Source: Chrysomallon squamiferum (Eukaryota > Animalia > Mollusca). Taken from it: DNA of 64,000 nt. The DNA lies in assembly GCA_012295275.1 (NCBI GenBank), contig CM022671.1:36580001-36644000 (forward strand), in the 5' to 3' direction. The notes beneath the pieces were generated by a model. It worked only from the letters and a program-made list of their open reading frames with translations. It made no database searches and had not been told where the DNA came from. Every line of letters begins with the position of its first letter. Within the stretch, counting starts at the first letter, position 1. The position numbers and the translations under genes are program-made. Positions 63,465 to 64,000 of the stretch are shown in pieces.

Positions 63465-64000
63465 GTAAGTTTCAGTGTCAGAAATATATTGTTTTTGATT
63501 CCAAATAACCTGTATAATCAATGAATCAAAAACAAATTGTTATCAGTGTTTGCTGGGTGTGTAGTGCCACTGTTGACTTAAATGTGGGTATGTGATGCAT
63601 GAAATCTGTTTTAATTTCACTTACTGTGTTCATCTCACTCAGTTGATCTGTGTACCATTTATAACATAAAAACAAAAATATTAAAAATAAAAGAAATAAA
63701 TAAATAAAATGAAAATGTAAATAAATAAAATGAAAATGTAAATAAAAAAAATAAAAAAAGAATAATGATCCAGATAAAATTTTTAATTTTTTTTTAATTA
63801 AAAGTGACTGTTTCAAAGAAATAATGTTAGGGTTTTGACATGTTTCAAAGTTCACTGATAGGTAAAAGTGACAGATTAATAACACTTTTTTGCTGGTAAC
63901 ATATAAACTCATGTCAGGTATTTTATTTCATCCCCTACTGAATCACTTTAATAACCACACAGTGCTAGGCTGTGACGACACTAATAGTCTCACTCCAAGT

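Overview
AT-rich, microsatellite-laden animal genomic DNA with spliceosomal introns; an invertebrate, possibly a mollusc or other lophotrochozoan (taxon is inference only). I traced the genes by hand through splice sites and codon phase. (1) The 3' seven exons of an acatalytic carbonic anhydrase-related protein (CARP, CA10/CA11 type), + strand, 110-10816. (2) A complete 32-exon, ~1,509-aa protein with a central RCC1-repeat block and a C-terminal Cys/His knuckle, probably claret/GLO-4-like, + strand, 11695-29167. (3) A single ~4.85-kb coding exon on the - strand (33600-38453) encoding ~85 13-aa DxDxDGIPD (thrombospondin type-3-like, Ca2+-binding) repeats between basic ends. (4) A complete 18-exon, ~808-aa endoplasmin/GRP94 gene (HSP90B1, ends KDEL), - strand, 41453-58538, with three ERSE-like promoter elements. 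Top hypothesis: the giant Asp-rich exon has no signal-peptide exon of its own that I could find and opens at a phase-0 acceptor 3 kb downstream of the GRP94 stop. The last GRP94 intron is also phase 0, so the exon may be an alternative last exon replacing KDEL with a ~1,617-aa Ca2+-binding tail. Second theme: about ten tandem duplications are anchored on real splice junctions and leave arrays of decoy donors or acceptors. No database searches were possible; family names come from motif recognition.
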